From Nitrosopumilus sp. (GTDB lineage Archaea > Thermoproteota > Nitrososphaeria > Nitrososphaerales > Nitrosopumilaceae), in assembly GCA_965207075.1 (NCBI GenBank), contig CBDBLO010000002.1, positions 1,152,001 through 1,216,000 of the forward strand: DNA of 64,000 nt, in the 5' to 3' direction. Positions 51,433 to 62,730 of this stretch are shown here, piece by piece (the first letter of the stretch is position 1; every line of letters begins with the position of its first letter). The notes beneath the pieces were generated by a model that was not told the origin of the DNA, searched no databases, and was given only the letters and a program-made list of their open reading frames with translations. The position numbers were made by a program, and so were the translations under genes.

Positions 51433-54400
51433 GTGCAGGCGCCCATCTTGTTGTCCCGCATGCTCGCGGCCGCCGGCGGCATAGGCGCGGCCGCCATCGC
51501 ACTGTGCATCGTTGCCGTCGTCTTCATGGCCGTGTTCGGAGACACGCGCGAGGCGTCGGCCGACCACGAGTCCACGGAATGCATACTGCGCGTGAGCGGC
51601 TCGACGCACCCCGTAACATACTTGGGCGAGGAGCGGAGGAACCCCGACGGCACGTACTACCCGGGGGACGCCTTCTACTACGTGTTCCGGTGGTCCGAGC
51701 AGTCCGACGACCCCGCGGGCTGCGCCGTACGCGCCCCGTTGCTCGAGACGAGCCGCCTGCACCTTGACCACCGCGCCGTGTGGGTTGATGCGAACGGCCA
51801 CGAGAACAGGCGCGCCCCCCTGACGCACCAGGACCTCGACCCGTCCGTCGCGTTCCTGAGCAGCACTGACTTTTACGCGGGCAGGCTGGCGGCCGAGTGC
51901 AGGGAGACGTTTTCAAAGCCCGGCGAGTCGCATACGTGGAAGCGCGAACTGTGGACCGTATATGACAGGGTATTCCTCACGAAGGTGGGCGACGACAGGC
52001 TGACCGACTTTGAAAAGACGCTAAAGTCCAAGGGCTACCGCGGGGAGCCCGCGTGGACGTGGTGGACGGAGAGGATGCCGAGGCCCGGGAGCGCCGTCGA
52101 CCACCTGCTGTTTTGCCCGTGGCAGAAGTACTTTGGAAGCAACGTCAAAGGCGGCATCATACCGGACGAGCAGAAGCTGAACGTCACGGGGATCGAGCTG
52201 ACCGGCGCCCCCCCGCACATGGAGCGCTACGGCGGCAGCAGCAGTGACATATTCTACGCCACGACGCACGGCTGGGGGATAACTGCGGGCGGCAACGCGT
52301 CACACGCCCATCTCATAACGACGCCGGCGGATCCGGACAGCGCGGCGTGGCTCGAGGAGCGCGTGCGCGAGTGCGACGGGCTGCCAGCCAGGTCGGGCTG
52401 CGTGTACGGGACGGCCGAGGTAAGGGGCAACAGCGGCGTGTGCGCCTCGGAGGTCGTGGGCGCGTACGACGCCGCGCTGGACGCGTGGCACAAGCGGCTG
52501 CCGCCGTACGATACCGTGGACGAGCACGGGAACCGTGAAAAGCCCCCGCCCCCTCCGGGGTACCCCGCCTCGTCGTGGGAGCACTGGCTGTCCAACCGCA
52601 CGCACTACCGCGCGCACGCCTTCGACCTGCATGCCGTGCCGCCGGGCATGCACTCGGAGGCGTATCAGGTGCCGCCGGGCGGCGATGTGTGCGCAAGGCC
52701 GGCGACGGACGGCGCCAAGCTGGATCTCACGGTGTCCGGCTCGTACTGGACGTCGCAGCACATACACAACAACATACCGGTGAGGGGCGTCAAGGAGGTG
52801 AACCTCGACCGCGGGCCGCCTCTGCAGGACGGCGAGCTGCTCATCATACTGACAAAGCCGCCGCTCCACCACCGGGAGGGGTACGGCGCCAAGAACATGG
52901 ACGGCACGTACTACCACGACGACCCCGCGTACATACGGCACGAGCCGTCATGGGAGTGGAGGGAGCACCGGAGCGCGCACATCAACTTTACGACGAACAG
53001 GCTACCGCCGTCAGCCCTACCGGCGGTCGACGAGTTCGACTGCATTACGACGCCGGAGGAGAGGGGGAACGACACCTCGTCGCCCGTATGGCTGCGGGCC
53101 TCCGTGCCGTCGTGCGTGCACGAGGCCGGCGTGGAGTCGCCCCCGTGGCTGCGCGAACAGCTGGGGTTCGTCAACGGGGACGGCCTGACCATACGCGTTG
53201 CCGACGCGTCGCGCGCGTTCGGGACGTACGGCTTTGCGTACAACATGACCGCGTTCAACTTGGGCAAGGAGGCTGCATATGCAGAAAACTCTACTGACAT
53301 CGAGATCGTCCCGTACGAGCCGGTCTACGAGTCCGTCTACTCGTACCCCGTGCTCGCCGACGCGCAGGAGTACGCCTTTGACGACAGGCGCGGCATCGTC
53401 GTAAAGTACGCGGGCAGCCTGCAGGACGGGCAGGTGCACGAGCAGAGGAGGTCGTTTGTCAACTGGTGGAACGCGTCTGGCGGCGGGCACAATCCCTTCG
53501 GGTACACCGAGTTCGACCAGGAGCACGTGCTGTCAGGCGGGCGCAGCGCGCCGCCCGGCGCGGAGCCGCCGGTACTGGAGTACAATTACAACGGCGCGCA
53601 GTCTGCGATGTTCACCAGCGCGGGGTACGGCGTGCTGCACATGGAGTGGCCCGTTTCGGAGCACGTCTTTGCGGAGATGGTCGACGAGCGCACTAACCGC
53701 ACCGCCCGCGGGGCGAACTTTGCCAACATAACGGCGCAGTCAGAGTTCCAGAGCGTGGAGTTCGCCGGGCATCAGAACGTCCCGCTCTTTTCGGACGCCA
53801 TGCGCTACCCGGAGATGCCGTTTGCCAAGCAGGTAGTGGTGAAGTCGGTCGACCAGCAGGGAAACATACAGTACGGCGACGCGCTTACCCTGCGCGTCAC
53901 GCCTTACGGCGGCATCGCCGAGGACCAGGCCGACACCGAGGACACGTGGTGGGAATCATCGGGCGGGTGGCTTGACTGGCTGCTGGGACCTGGTGATAAT
54001 AGCACGTCGACGACTGCCGGCAACGCGTCGTCCCGGCAGGAGCAGGACCCGCAGCTGGAACAGGAGGTGCTGGAGGGATCCGAGTTTCTCACGGACTACA
54101 TGCGCGACAAGATAATGCACGACACCGGCGGCGACCTCGTTATCGTGGAGTCCGCGCTCAACGATACCCATAGCATGACGCAGGAGTGGGCCGGGCGCGG
54201 GCAGATAGACGCCACCGTGCTGCGCACGTCGGCGTACTTTGCCGACATAGCCGTGCAGAACGACACGCTGGCGACCATGCTCCCCGCGGGGCCTGCCATT
54301 CCCGGTACCGGGGCAGCTGCCGAACCGCTCCCCCTGCCAGACCTCGACGACCTGTTTGGCAGGCTTGCCGGCGAGCCCGAAAAACTGCGCATGGCTGTGC

Positions 54401-54885
54401 CGCTTGACGTCGGGCTGTCCGCACTGCCGCCCACCTCCGTATACATATCGGTGAACGGCGGGCCGGAGCGGGCGTTCCACCACAAGTACTACGCGTTCGG
54501 CGGATCCGAGACCGTGTCGATCAACATACAGACGGACAACGTGCTGGACGCGGAGCGCGTCGGCACGAACGGCACGGGATTGGTGGTGCAGCAGCCCGAC
54601 AACTTTGGGGCGATCACGGGGCTGCAGGTCAACGGCACCGACCGGCATGTGCCCTGCGCCGCCGGCTGCACCCTCGAGGTTCCGTACAACGAGACCGTGT
54701 CCGTTACGGCGTACAACGAGTGGGGCGGCGAGGCGCACGCCGTGGTGCCGCCCGACCTGCTGCCCGCCGCCGCGCCGGTGGCGGAGGACGCGGACTGGCG
54801 CATATTCGCCGGCATGGCCGTGGTGCTCGTTCTGGGCGCGTACATAATGAAGAAGTTCTTCGGCCGGGGCATGTTCGACAGGTGA
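51433..54885 (+). CDS. Large secreted, membrane-anchored protein (~1150 aa)
   Basis: N-terminal signal, C-terminal TM plus basic tail; repeated N.DGTYY..D motif. Confidence 0.75.
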   Translation: MQAPILLSRMLAAAGGIGAAAIALCIVAVVFMAVFGDTREASADHESTECILRVSGSTHPVTYLGEERRNPDGTYYPGDAFYYVFRWSEQSDDPAGCAVRAPLLETSRLHLDHRAVWVDANGHENRRAPLTHQDLDPSVAFLSSTDFYAGRLAAECRETFSKPGESHTWKRELWTVYDRVFLTKVGDDRLTDFEKTLKSKGYRGEPAWTWWTERMPRPGSAVDHLLFCPWQKYFGSNVKGGIIPDEQKLNVTGIELTGAPPHMERYGGSSSDIFYATTHGWGITAGGNASHAHLITTPADPDSAAWLEERVRECDGLPARSGCVYGTAEVRGNSGVCASEVVGAYDAALDAWHKRLPPYDTVDEHGNREKPPPPPGYPASSWEHWLSNRTHYRAHAFDLHAVPPGMHSEAYQVPPGGDVCARPATDGAKLDLTVSGSYWTSQHIHNNIPVRGVKEVNLDRGPPLQDGELLIILTKPPLHHREGYGAKNMDGTYYHDDPAYIRHEPSWEWREHRSAHINFTTNRLPPSALPAVDEFDCITTPEERGNDTSSPVWLRASVPSCVHEAGVESPPWLREQLGFVNGDGLTIRVADASRAFGTYGFAYNMTAFNLGKEAAYAENSTDIEIVPYEPVYESVYSYPVLADAQEYAFDDRRGIVVKYAGSLQDGQVHEQRRSFVNWWNASGGGHNPFGYTEFDQEHVLSGGRSAPPGAEPPVLEYNYNGAQSAMFTSAGYGVLHMEWPVSEHVFAEMVDERTNRTARGANFANITAQSEFQSVEFAGHQNVPLFSDAMRYPEMPFAKQVVVKSVDQQGNIQYGDALTLRVTPYGGIAEDQADTEDTWWESSGGWLDWLLGPGDNSTSTTAGNASSRQEQDPQLEQEVLEGSEFLTDYMRDKIMHDTGGDLVIVESALNDTHSMTQEWAGRGQIDATVLRTSAYFADIAVQNDTLATMLPAGPAIPGTGAAAEPLPLPDLDDLFGRLAGEPEKLRMAVPLDVGLSALPPTSVYISVNGGPERAFHHKYYAFGGSETVSINIQTDNVLDAERVGTNGTGLVVQQPDNFGAITGLQVNGTDRHVPCAAGCTLEVPYNETVSVTAYNEWGGEAHAVVPPDLLPAAAPVAEDADWRIFAGMAVVLVLGAYIMKKFFGRGMFDR

Positions 54886-57800
54886 TCACGCGGCGGGCCG
54901 TCTCTTGCGGTCGCGCTTCAGCGCGCCCGGCACCAGGTACGCCCCGCACTTCCTGCAGTACACCCTGCCGGCCTTTGCGGTGTCGGGGCGCGGGTACATG
55001 CGGGTATCACACTTTTTGCACATGTATCCCTGGCGCACGGTGGGCTCAAAGTGCTCCGGCCTGGCCGTCTTGCACTTGGGGCACATGGTACGGGTTGTCC
55101 GCCGGGCGGACCTGTCGCGCCAGACGTGCCCGCAGTTGAGGCATTTGGTCGCCGGCACGTCGATCTGCACGATGCGGTTCCCGTGGGGACGCCTGACTGG
55201 CATGTTCTTTGTGGCCATTTCTGTCATTTCACACCCCCTGCATCCATTTTTACCTTTTCCCCGCGGCCGTCAGGCGCGCCTGCGTCGTCGGCCGCAGTGA
55301 CGTCGCCGTCACTGTCTGCACTGTCGTCGACTTTGCCGGCTTTGTTTGTACCATATGCGTCCTCGTGGGCCGCCAATCCCGTCCCGCCGAGCTTGCCGTA
55401 CTGCACGAACGGCACGTCTGTCTCGTACGCGTCCGGCCGGTCGCACTGGTCGGCCCACTGCTTTGTGATGTGGCACTCGGGCCGCCGGCAGTGTGCGGAC
55501 TTCAGTCCGTCCGTGTGGCCGCCGTCTATGCGCGGGTCAGACGACCAGTCGTGTCCGTCGTCCACTATGCAGCCGGGCTCGGCCGGGTGCGCGCATTCCG
55601 TGAGGCTGTACAGCCTAAAGTCGTTCTCGACGGCGCGTATCTTGTTCGCGCTGAGCAACTCGCGGATGTCGCGGGCCTGGCGCAGCTCCTCTGCTGCCGG
55701 CAGCAGGCGCCGCGGCACCTCGTGCAGCCCGGCGTTCACGTAGCGCGTGCTGTCTGCAGGCGCGCCTGCAGGCGGCTCCCAGGAGCGCATGGCCCGGCGC
55801 GCCGCGGCAAACTCGGAGTCGCCCGGGGGGACGTCCAGCAGGAGGAGTCGCCCGGACTGGTCGGATATGAGAGGCACGTGCGCGGAGGGGGCGGGGCCGT
55901 CGTTGTTCATCACAATCACGCCCCCCTTCCCCCGGCGCGCCCCCCGGCTTCGGCGGCAAAGCGCCTGCATCCGCACCTTTCCCCCGCGCCCGCGTGCCCG
56001 GATCCGGCCGCAATGTGGCCGCACCTGCCGGAGCCGCTGACGTGCACGTCGCGGCGGTGGGGACACTGGGCGCACCTGTCGGACATTCTCAGGACGGCGG
56101 CGGCCGCGGCGGGCAGCCTGGAGCCGCTTCCCTTCCTCCTCCTCCTAGTTCGGCCGGACTTGACGCATTTCAACTCGTACTTGTCCCCCTTGCCGCTGCG
56201 GTTGTCGCCGGCGTCCGCGAGCGCGTACATGCGGAGGTCCGCGCCGTTGCACCACATGCAGTGCACGAGGCCGCGCATGGACGCGGGGTGGGCTGGCAGG
56301 ACGCCGGCGTCGCGGCCGCAGTTGCGGCAGCGCAGGAGGACTATCACGGATGCCGCCCCCCGTCTGCGGCCGGCCTGCTTGCCGCTAGGCAATTTCCTTC
56401 CTCCGCATCTCATTGGCAATCCGGTCCTCCAACGCGACTCCGTTCTTGTCGCAGTCTTCACTGCTGATTAGCACGTAGGGCACTTCCAACCAGTCGTAGA
56501 CCGGATGGGAGTCAAAGTCGGCGCGCTTCCCGGAGCCGACGACCTCCACGATAACCCGGAGCTGCCCGTACTTGTTAAAGCACGTAACGCCGGTCCGCGC
56601 GGATACCCGCCACCGCCTTCGCATGTGTCCGTACACCCGGTCTGTCGCAAAGCAGTGCTTGTCGATGTCGGGTTTTTTCTTCGCCATCAGGTACTGGCCG
56701 GCCTTGCACTGGTAACCCAGGGACTCCATGATCTTCATGATCCTGCGGCGGCAGGCGGGGTCCGTCCCTTTGTCTGGATACTGGGCGAGGCGGGCGCGCG
56801 GCTCCGCAAGCTTTGTGTTGTCGCGGGTCATGCTCCTTCCGCCTCCAGTCCAGGTTCCTGCACGCGTCCAGGCGCCGGAGCGCCGCCGTCCTCCAGTTTG
56901 AACGAAAACCTGCCGTGCTTGGAGAGCACGTGGTCGGACACCTCCTGCAGGTCGACCGTGAGCGTCTGGCCGCACTCGCAGTCAAAGACAAAGTCGCGGT
57001 ACGGCCTGTTCTCAAGGTAGCGCACCTTGATTACGGGCGGACGGCGCGCCAGCAGCCCCCTTGCCATGCGCAGCAGCACGTGCGGTGCCTCGCCCCGCGT
57101 AATGGGGAACCCGACTCCCGTGATGATGCGCCTTGTAGCCATCAGGCCGCGACCTCCCTGGGCATGTGCAATCCGGGCTCCTGCGCGTGCTCCCGCATGT
57201 CGGCGAACCTGGAGCCGCACTTGCGGCAGTACCGGGCGCCTGGAACGTACGCGGGACCGCTGTTGCCAAGCGCGATGCGGCCGCCACAGTCCGGGCATCC
57301 TGGGTATGCGCTTAGGCCCATGAAGCAGTCGCCGCATTTGTCCGCGCCCTCTGGTAGCGGCAGGCTGACATTCTGGTCCGTGGCCTCCACGTACGCGCCG
57401 CTGATGCAGTAGCGCCGGCGGCGGCCGTCCGGCCCGTCAGAGTGAATCAGTTCGCGCTCTAGCGTGCGGGGCATCAGGCGAACACCTCCGGGTGCGCGCC
57501 ATTGACATGGCAGGCGAACTCCAAGAACGAGTCGTACCGGCTGCCGCACTTTACGCACTGCAACACGGAGACGGTTCGGCTTGCCCGCTCGCACGCGGCC
57601 GCCTTTTCGGGGTCGGCAACCAGATCGGCCGCCACCGATGACGACGGTCCGGGCATGAACCGCCCGGGCTTCTGCTCGCTCAGGCGCATATCGGCAAACC
57701 GGCTGCCGCAATTAGTGCAGGCGCACCTGCCAGGCACCGTCCGGCCGTCCGGCGATATTGTACCGCCGCAGTCGGGGCACGGCGGGTACGAGCCGTCGGG

Positions 57801-60672
57801 TATGTGCAGGGAAATATTGTTCTCACTGCACTTGACGCGGTAGTGGCCGATCACGTAGGCGGGCGTGCCGTCAACCAAGAAGCGCTGCTCGCGCTCCAGT
57901 ATGTCGGGCATCAGTCAAACGGCCTCCCGCAGTTCTGGCACTCCTGAGGGCCTTCTATCTGCCCGCCATGCGGGGTCCACGCCCCACACTCGAGGCATTC
58001 AGTGATCATCAGGCACCGGCCTCCTTGATCGGCATGTTCTGTCCCGGCGTCTGCGCGTGATAACGCAGGTCGGCAAACTGCGAACCGCACTCCTTGCACG
58101 CGCGAGAACCCGGTACGTGCCCCGCCTCGTTCCAGACGACTATGCCGCCGCAGTCCGGGCAGTCCGGGTACGTGCCGTCGTCCGCCGCGCCTGGGCGCAC
58201 GCCCACCGAGATATTGTTGCCGTCGGCCTCCACGTACTCGTCGCCGATCCTGTACACGACAGTACCGTCGGCCAGTATGCTCTCCTCGCGCTCCATGAGA
58301 GCCATCAATCGGGCACCTCCGGGTGCTTGTCGCGCACGTGCGCAAAGGCCGAGTCGTATGACGTGAGGACGAGGCCGCACAGGGTGCACCGCACCGGGCA
58401 CAATTCACAGATGTGCATCCCAGTATCGTACTCAGGCATTCAGGCCGCCACCTCCACCACGGCCCTTACGCCGTGTTTGTCCTCCGCGTGCCGTATCATG
58501 CGGTCCAAGTGGTGCGACCCCTCGGGGCACCTGCTGCACTTGTAGTACGTCTCGCCGTCCAGGCCGTCCGTGTCCACCATGCGGGTGAACGTCTCCGTGA
58601 GTGTGATGAGTGGGGGCATCATGACCGCTCCCCCTTCCGTTGTGAGATCTTTTTCACGAACGCGGGTAGCGCGTCCCGCAGGTTGTAAAAGCACTCCATA
58701 CACAGCGTGTACTCTACGTTCCAGTGGGCGTTCAGCGGGTCCAGCCTGCGCAGGGACAGGACGTTCTCATACTTGGTCTTGTATATGCCCTCGCCGCACC
58801 GGCTGCATTTCTTGAACCCATGACCGTCGGACATCAGGTTTCGCCCCCTTTGCTCCCGATCTTCGCCTGCCCGTGCATCCGGCGGGCCTCGTTGCGCGCC
58901 TCCTTGACGGCCTTGTGCATCCTGTCGTACGTCTTGCGTTCGGCGCCATTGGCGTCGTGATTGCGCGTCCAGTCTATGACGTCCAGTGCCCGGTCCAGTT
59001 CGTTGACCAGCAGCCTGAGCTTGATTACCTCCTTCTGCTTGGGAGTCAGGGCGTCATGGAACGCATGCTTTGCGAGGTTCTTCTCGGGTGGGTTGCCGTA
59101 CAGCAAATCCTGTATGAGTTCGCCAAGGTCGGTGTGGGGCGTGGCGGCGTTGTCCCTAGACATCAGCGGCCTCCTCCCAGCATTCAGTTCCGGCGAACGT
59201 GTTGCGCCGCGGAACGACATGTGCATGACACGCGGGACAGGACAGTGTCGTGGTGCCGGACGCTGATATTGGCTGCACGTTCCTTTTACATGAAAAACAA
59301 TAAAAGACGACGGCCCGGCCGACCGGCGCTTTCATGTTGAGCCGCAGTATTTTGGGCGAACTCAATCCCCGACCACCCCCGCGCACACCTGCTTCTCGAC
59401 CTCCGCGTGGTTCTTGCGGAAGTGCTCGACCAGCTGGTCCCCGACATACTTGCCGCGCTTGTTGGATGCCACGACGTCGTAGGTTTCTGCAAGGTAGTTG
59501 CAGACGGCGCACGGCATCATGTTGGCGACGTACTTTATGCCCTGGAACGACAAATGTGGCATCAGGCGGACACCTCCCCGCGCATGCGGGCCTCCTGCAC
59601 CAGGTATCCCGCGGAAAACTCCGACAACGGCGTGAACTCCACGCACGGGTCGAACAGCTGGGACGGCCTGGTCACTTGGTACAGCGTGTACACTCCACCC
59701 GGGTCGGCCGACTCCCTGTTCTCCACGGCGTGCTCCCTGGCCGCGTGGAAGGCCCCGGCCAGTGCCAGATCGAACCCGCCGTCAAACGCGCGCCACGTGC
59801 CGTCGGGACACAGCAGCATGTGCCCCTTGGACAGCGGGTGGCCTGCCGGAAGCGCGACTTGCATCAGTCTACGTTCCTCCCCTTCAGTTGTTCCGCGAGC
59901 AGCCCGTAGATCTCCTCATCGCGCCCGCGGCACCGGTCAAAGAGTCCGGAGTTCTCGCCGACCGGGTACCGCCCGAAGACGTTCACGAACCGGCGTTTGC
60001 GGGTTATCCAGACCTTGCTGAATGTGGCGCCAAACGCCGCCTCCATGGCCTTGTGCAGTGTGCCGTTTTTTTCGGCCCGCTCTGCCGCGGCTATCAGGGC
60101 GTCGTCCCCGCCGATCGGCATGGGGACGTTGTGGTAGCAGTGGCGCACGCGTCCTGACATCAGGCCGCGACCTCCACCTTCTCCAGAGCCGCGAGTTCGG
60201 CGTCCACGTCGTACTTGTCGCCACAGTAGCGGCACCTCAGCGGCCCGTGTTTGTCGCACCGCTTGACCTTTGTGGCTTTTCTGCCGCACTCGACCGCCTC
60301 AATCACCACGTACCCGCCGAGGTCGTTGACCCCCTTGCCGGTCATGTGCCTGTAGTCGTGGCGTCCGTCGTGTTCGTGGTCGATCTTGCAGTGTTCCGGT
60401 CCGCCCGGCCTGCTTACGGCGCATGCGTAGTATTCGAGATCATCCCAGGCATGCCGTATCAGGACGATGTTGTCGAGTGCAGCCCACGGGCCCAGCAGCC
60501 TCTCGCGTTCCGCCTGGTCTTCCACAATGTAGCCGCCCATCAGGCGCTCACCCTCACTACGAGCGGAGGCAGTCCGTCCATGCGTACCACGAATGAAAAA
60601 ACAGGGTACCCGCGGACGGACTTGTTGGCCGCGCCTGGCGGCGCGGACTTTGCTGAATCTACCATGCTTCAT
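54886..60672 (-). CDS. Translationally coupled operon of about 16 small hypothetical / Zn-finger genes
   Basis: Repeated GGAGG-N8-TGATG junctions; CxxC and C2H2 motifs; includes paralogs 57142-57474, 57474-57911 and 58009-58305. Confidence 0.65.
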
Positions 60673-60926
60673 ATTATAACCTATTGTTTATAAATGTTAG
60701 GTTATTGCTTTTTGCACCTGTTCGGCAGGCCCATCTTCAGTCCAAAAAACGCCGCGTTTTCCGTGCCTGAAATGCCGGTGGACTGTTAATGGGCCCGCTT
60801 TTGTGGGGTGTGGGGAATCTGGCATATCGATAGTGACTTGCCATGTCAAGTATCGATAGTGAATACCGATACTGAGCATCGGTACTTGCATGCCCCTAAT
60901 TGCAGGCAGCCGGGTCTGCCGCGCGG

Positions 60927-62060
60927 TCACGGCCGCACGGGCGGAGGGATTGGAAACCGCCTCGCGTGCAGGACCATGTGTCCCCGCTGGATGCCGTCGG
61001 TTACGAGGGCGCGCAACGCGGAAAAGTTCTGACACAGCCCGACGGCGGCCATTATCTGGGCCAGTTCCCCGGCCGTCGGGGAGCCGAGAATATCATGGAG
61101 GCACGCGGCCGCCACGGGGTGGCGCGTGGTGAGCCCGCCCACGGTGCCGACCGCAAGCGGCACGGACAGGCTGCCGTGCAGCCTGCCGTCCCTGACCTCC
61201 CAGGCGGACAGCGGGCCGTACGTTCCTTTCCCTGGCTCGGTCGACGCGTACGCGTGCGCCCCAGCCTCTATGGCGCGGGTGTCCTGCCCGGTCGCCAGGG
61301 CCACGGCCGTGATGCCGTTCATGATCCCCTTGTTGTGCGTGACGGCCCTGGACACGTCGAGGCGGGCGAACCTGCAGGCGTTCACCACGTTTGCGGCCAC
61401 GTCCTGTGGGACGTCAAAAACTGATTCGGCGTACGCCACGCGTTGCATGTGGTTTGACAGTATGCGCAACAGTGCGGTGCCCCCTGTGGCGTCCTCTATC
61501 AATGGGGCCACGCCCTCGCACGCCGTGTTGACGGAGTTGGCTCCCATCGCGTCGACAGTATTGACGTAGAACGCCACCCTGAGCATGTCCTCCGCAAGCA
61601 TTGCGTATGACAGGCCGTTCTCCGGCCAGTCCTCGTCCACGCGCATGCGTGCAGACGGCAGGGATTTGTTGGCCGCGTCTATGATCTCCCTCCTCCTGTC
61701 CTTCAATGATTCCAGGGCGTTGCTGTCAGGGTTCATCACCAGTACCTGCCCGGCGACGCGCGGCTCTGACGAGCTTGCGTTCAGGTCGATGGCGGCCTTT
61801 GCGCCCGCGCCGGCGGCCGCTATCACGGACGGTTCCTCCGTGGCCATCGGGACGCCGGCGTACGGGCGGCCGTTGATCACAAAGTGCTCCGCCACACCGA
61901 GCGGCACGCCGTACGCGCCCACCGCATTCTCCACCAGTACGTCGGCATCCGTCGCGGACATGCCGCCGGCCGACAGGTAGGCGGCGGCGTCACTGCCCAG
62001 TTCCGGGGCGACCCGTGCAAGCCGCTCGTGTGGCTTCATGTCGCGGAGCTTTGGTGGCAT
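60927..62060 (-). CDS. mvaA: Class II HMG-CoA reductase
   Basis: ENAVG, PMATEEPSVIAA, DAMGANSVN, ILSN, THNKGIMNG, GQDTRAIEA, GIQRGHM.LH. Confidence 0.92.
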   Translation of the reverse strand: MPPKLRDMKPHERLARVAPELGSDAAAYLSAGGMSATDADVLVENAVGAYGVPLGVAEHFVINGRPYAGVPMATEEPSVIAAAGAGAKAAIDLNASSSEPRVAGQVLVMNPDSNALESLKDRRREIIDAANKSLPSARMRVDEDWPENGLSYAMLAEDMLRVAFYVNTVDAMGANSVNTACEGVAPLIEDATGGTALLRILSNHMQRVAYAESVFDVPQDVAANVVNACRFARLDVSRAVTHNKGIMNGITAVALATGQDTRAIEAGAHAYASTEPGKGTYGPLSAWEVRDGRLHGSLSVPLAVGTVGGLTTRHPVAAACLHDILGSPTAGELAQIMAAVGLCQNFSALRALVTDGIQRGHMVLHARRFPIPPPVRP

Positions 62061-62730
62061 GACATGACGTATGCCCCGTGTTTCATATAAAATGAGGCGC
62101 GGTGTTTTATGCAGTACGTATTACTGCCGGTGTTGGATGAAAGCACAAAGCCGGAGGCGGGTTGGGCGCGCCGTCTGGCGGCACACATGTGGACATCGGT
62201 AAGGAACGACCTGACGTTCCTGTTTTATTGCAAGACCTGGAAGAGGAATCACGCAGTGGACAAGACGGTGGTGGACAGGCTGTTTGCAAACTGGCTGAAC
62301 GACGGAGAGAATGACTTTGTCGAGACCGAGTGTCTGCGGTGCCATAGCCCCGTCTACGTATGCTCGGACCCCGACGACCCGGCGTATTATCTGGTATCGG
62401 AAGCCCCGTACTTGTTCGGGTACTGACAGGCCGGGTCCGGGACTGGCAGTGCGGGCGCCCTACCACATGCTGTTCATGCAGCTGTTACAGATCCCCTCGA
62501 AGCATCCCCCGCGCTCGCGGCCCTCTGACATCTCGGCGTCGGCGCGCTCCTTGTTGCACGACGTACATACAGGCATGCCCGGCATGATGCGTGACGGATA
62601 AAAGGGCGGGACGGATCCATTCCATCCTGCATGCATCCGATTAACACAATCCGCCGAAAAATTCAATCCGCTAAAAAACGTCAACAAACGTGACGACCGA
62701 TGCCGGACTCGGGGGACCCGGCGGTTTCAG

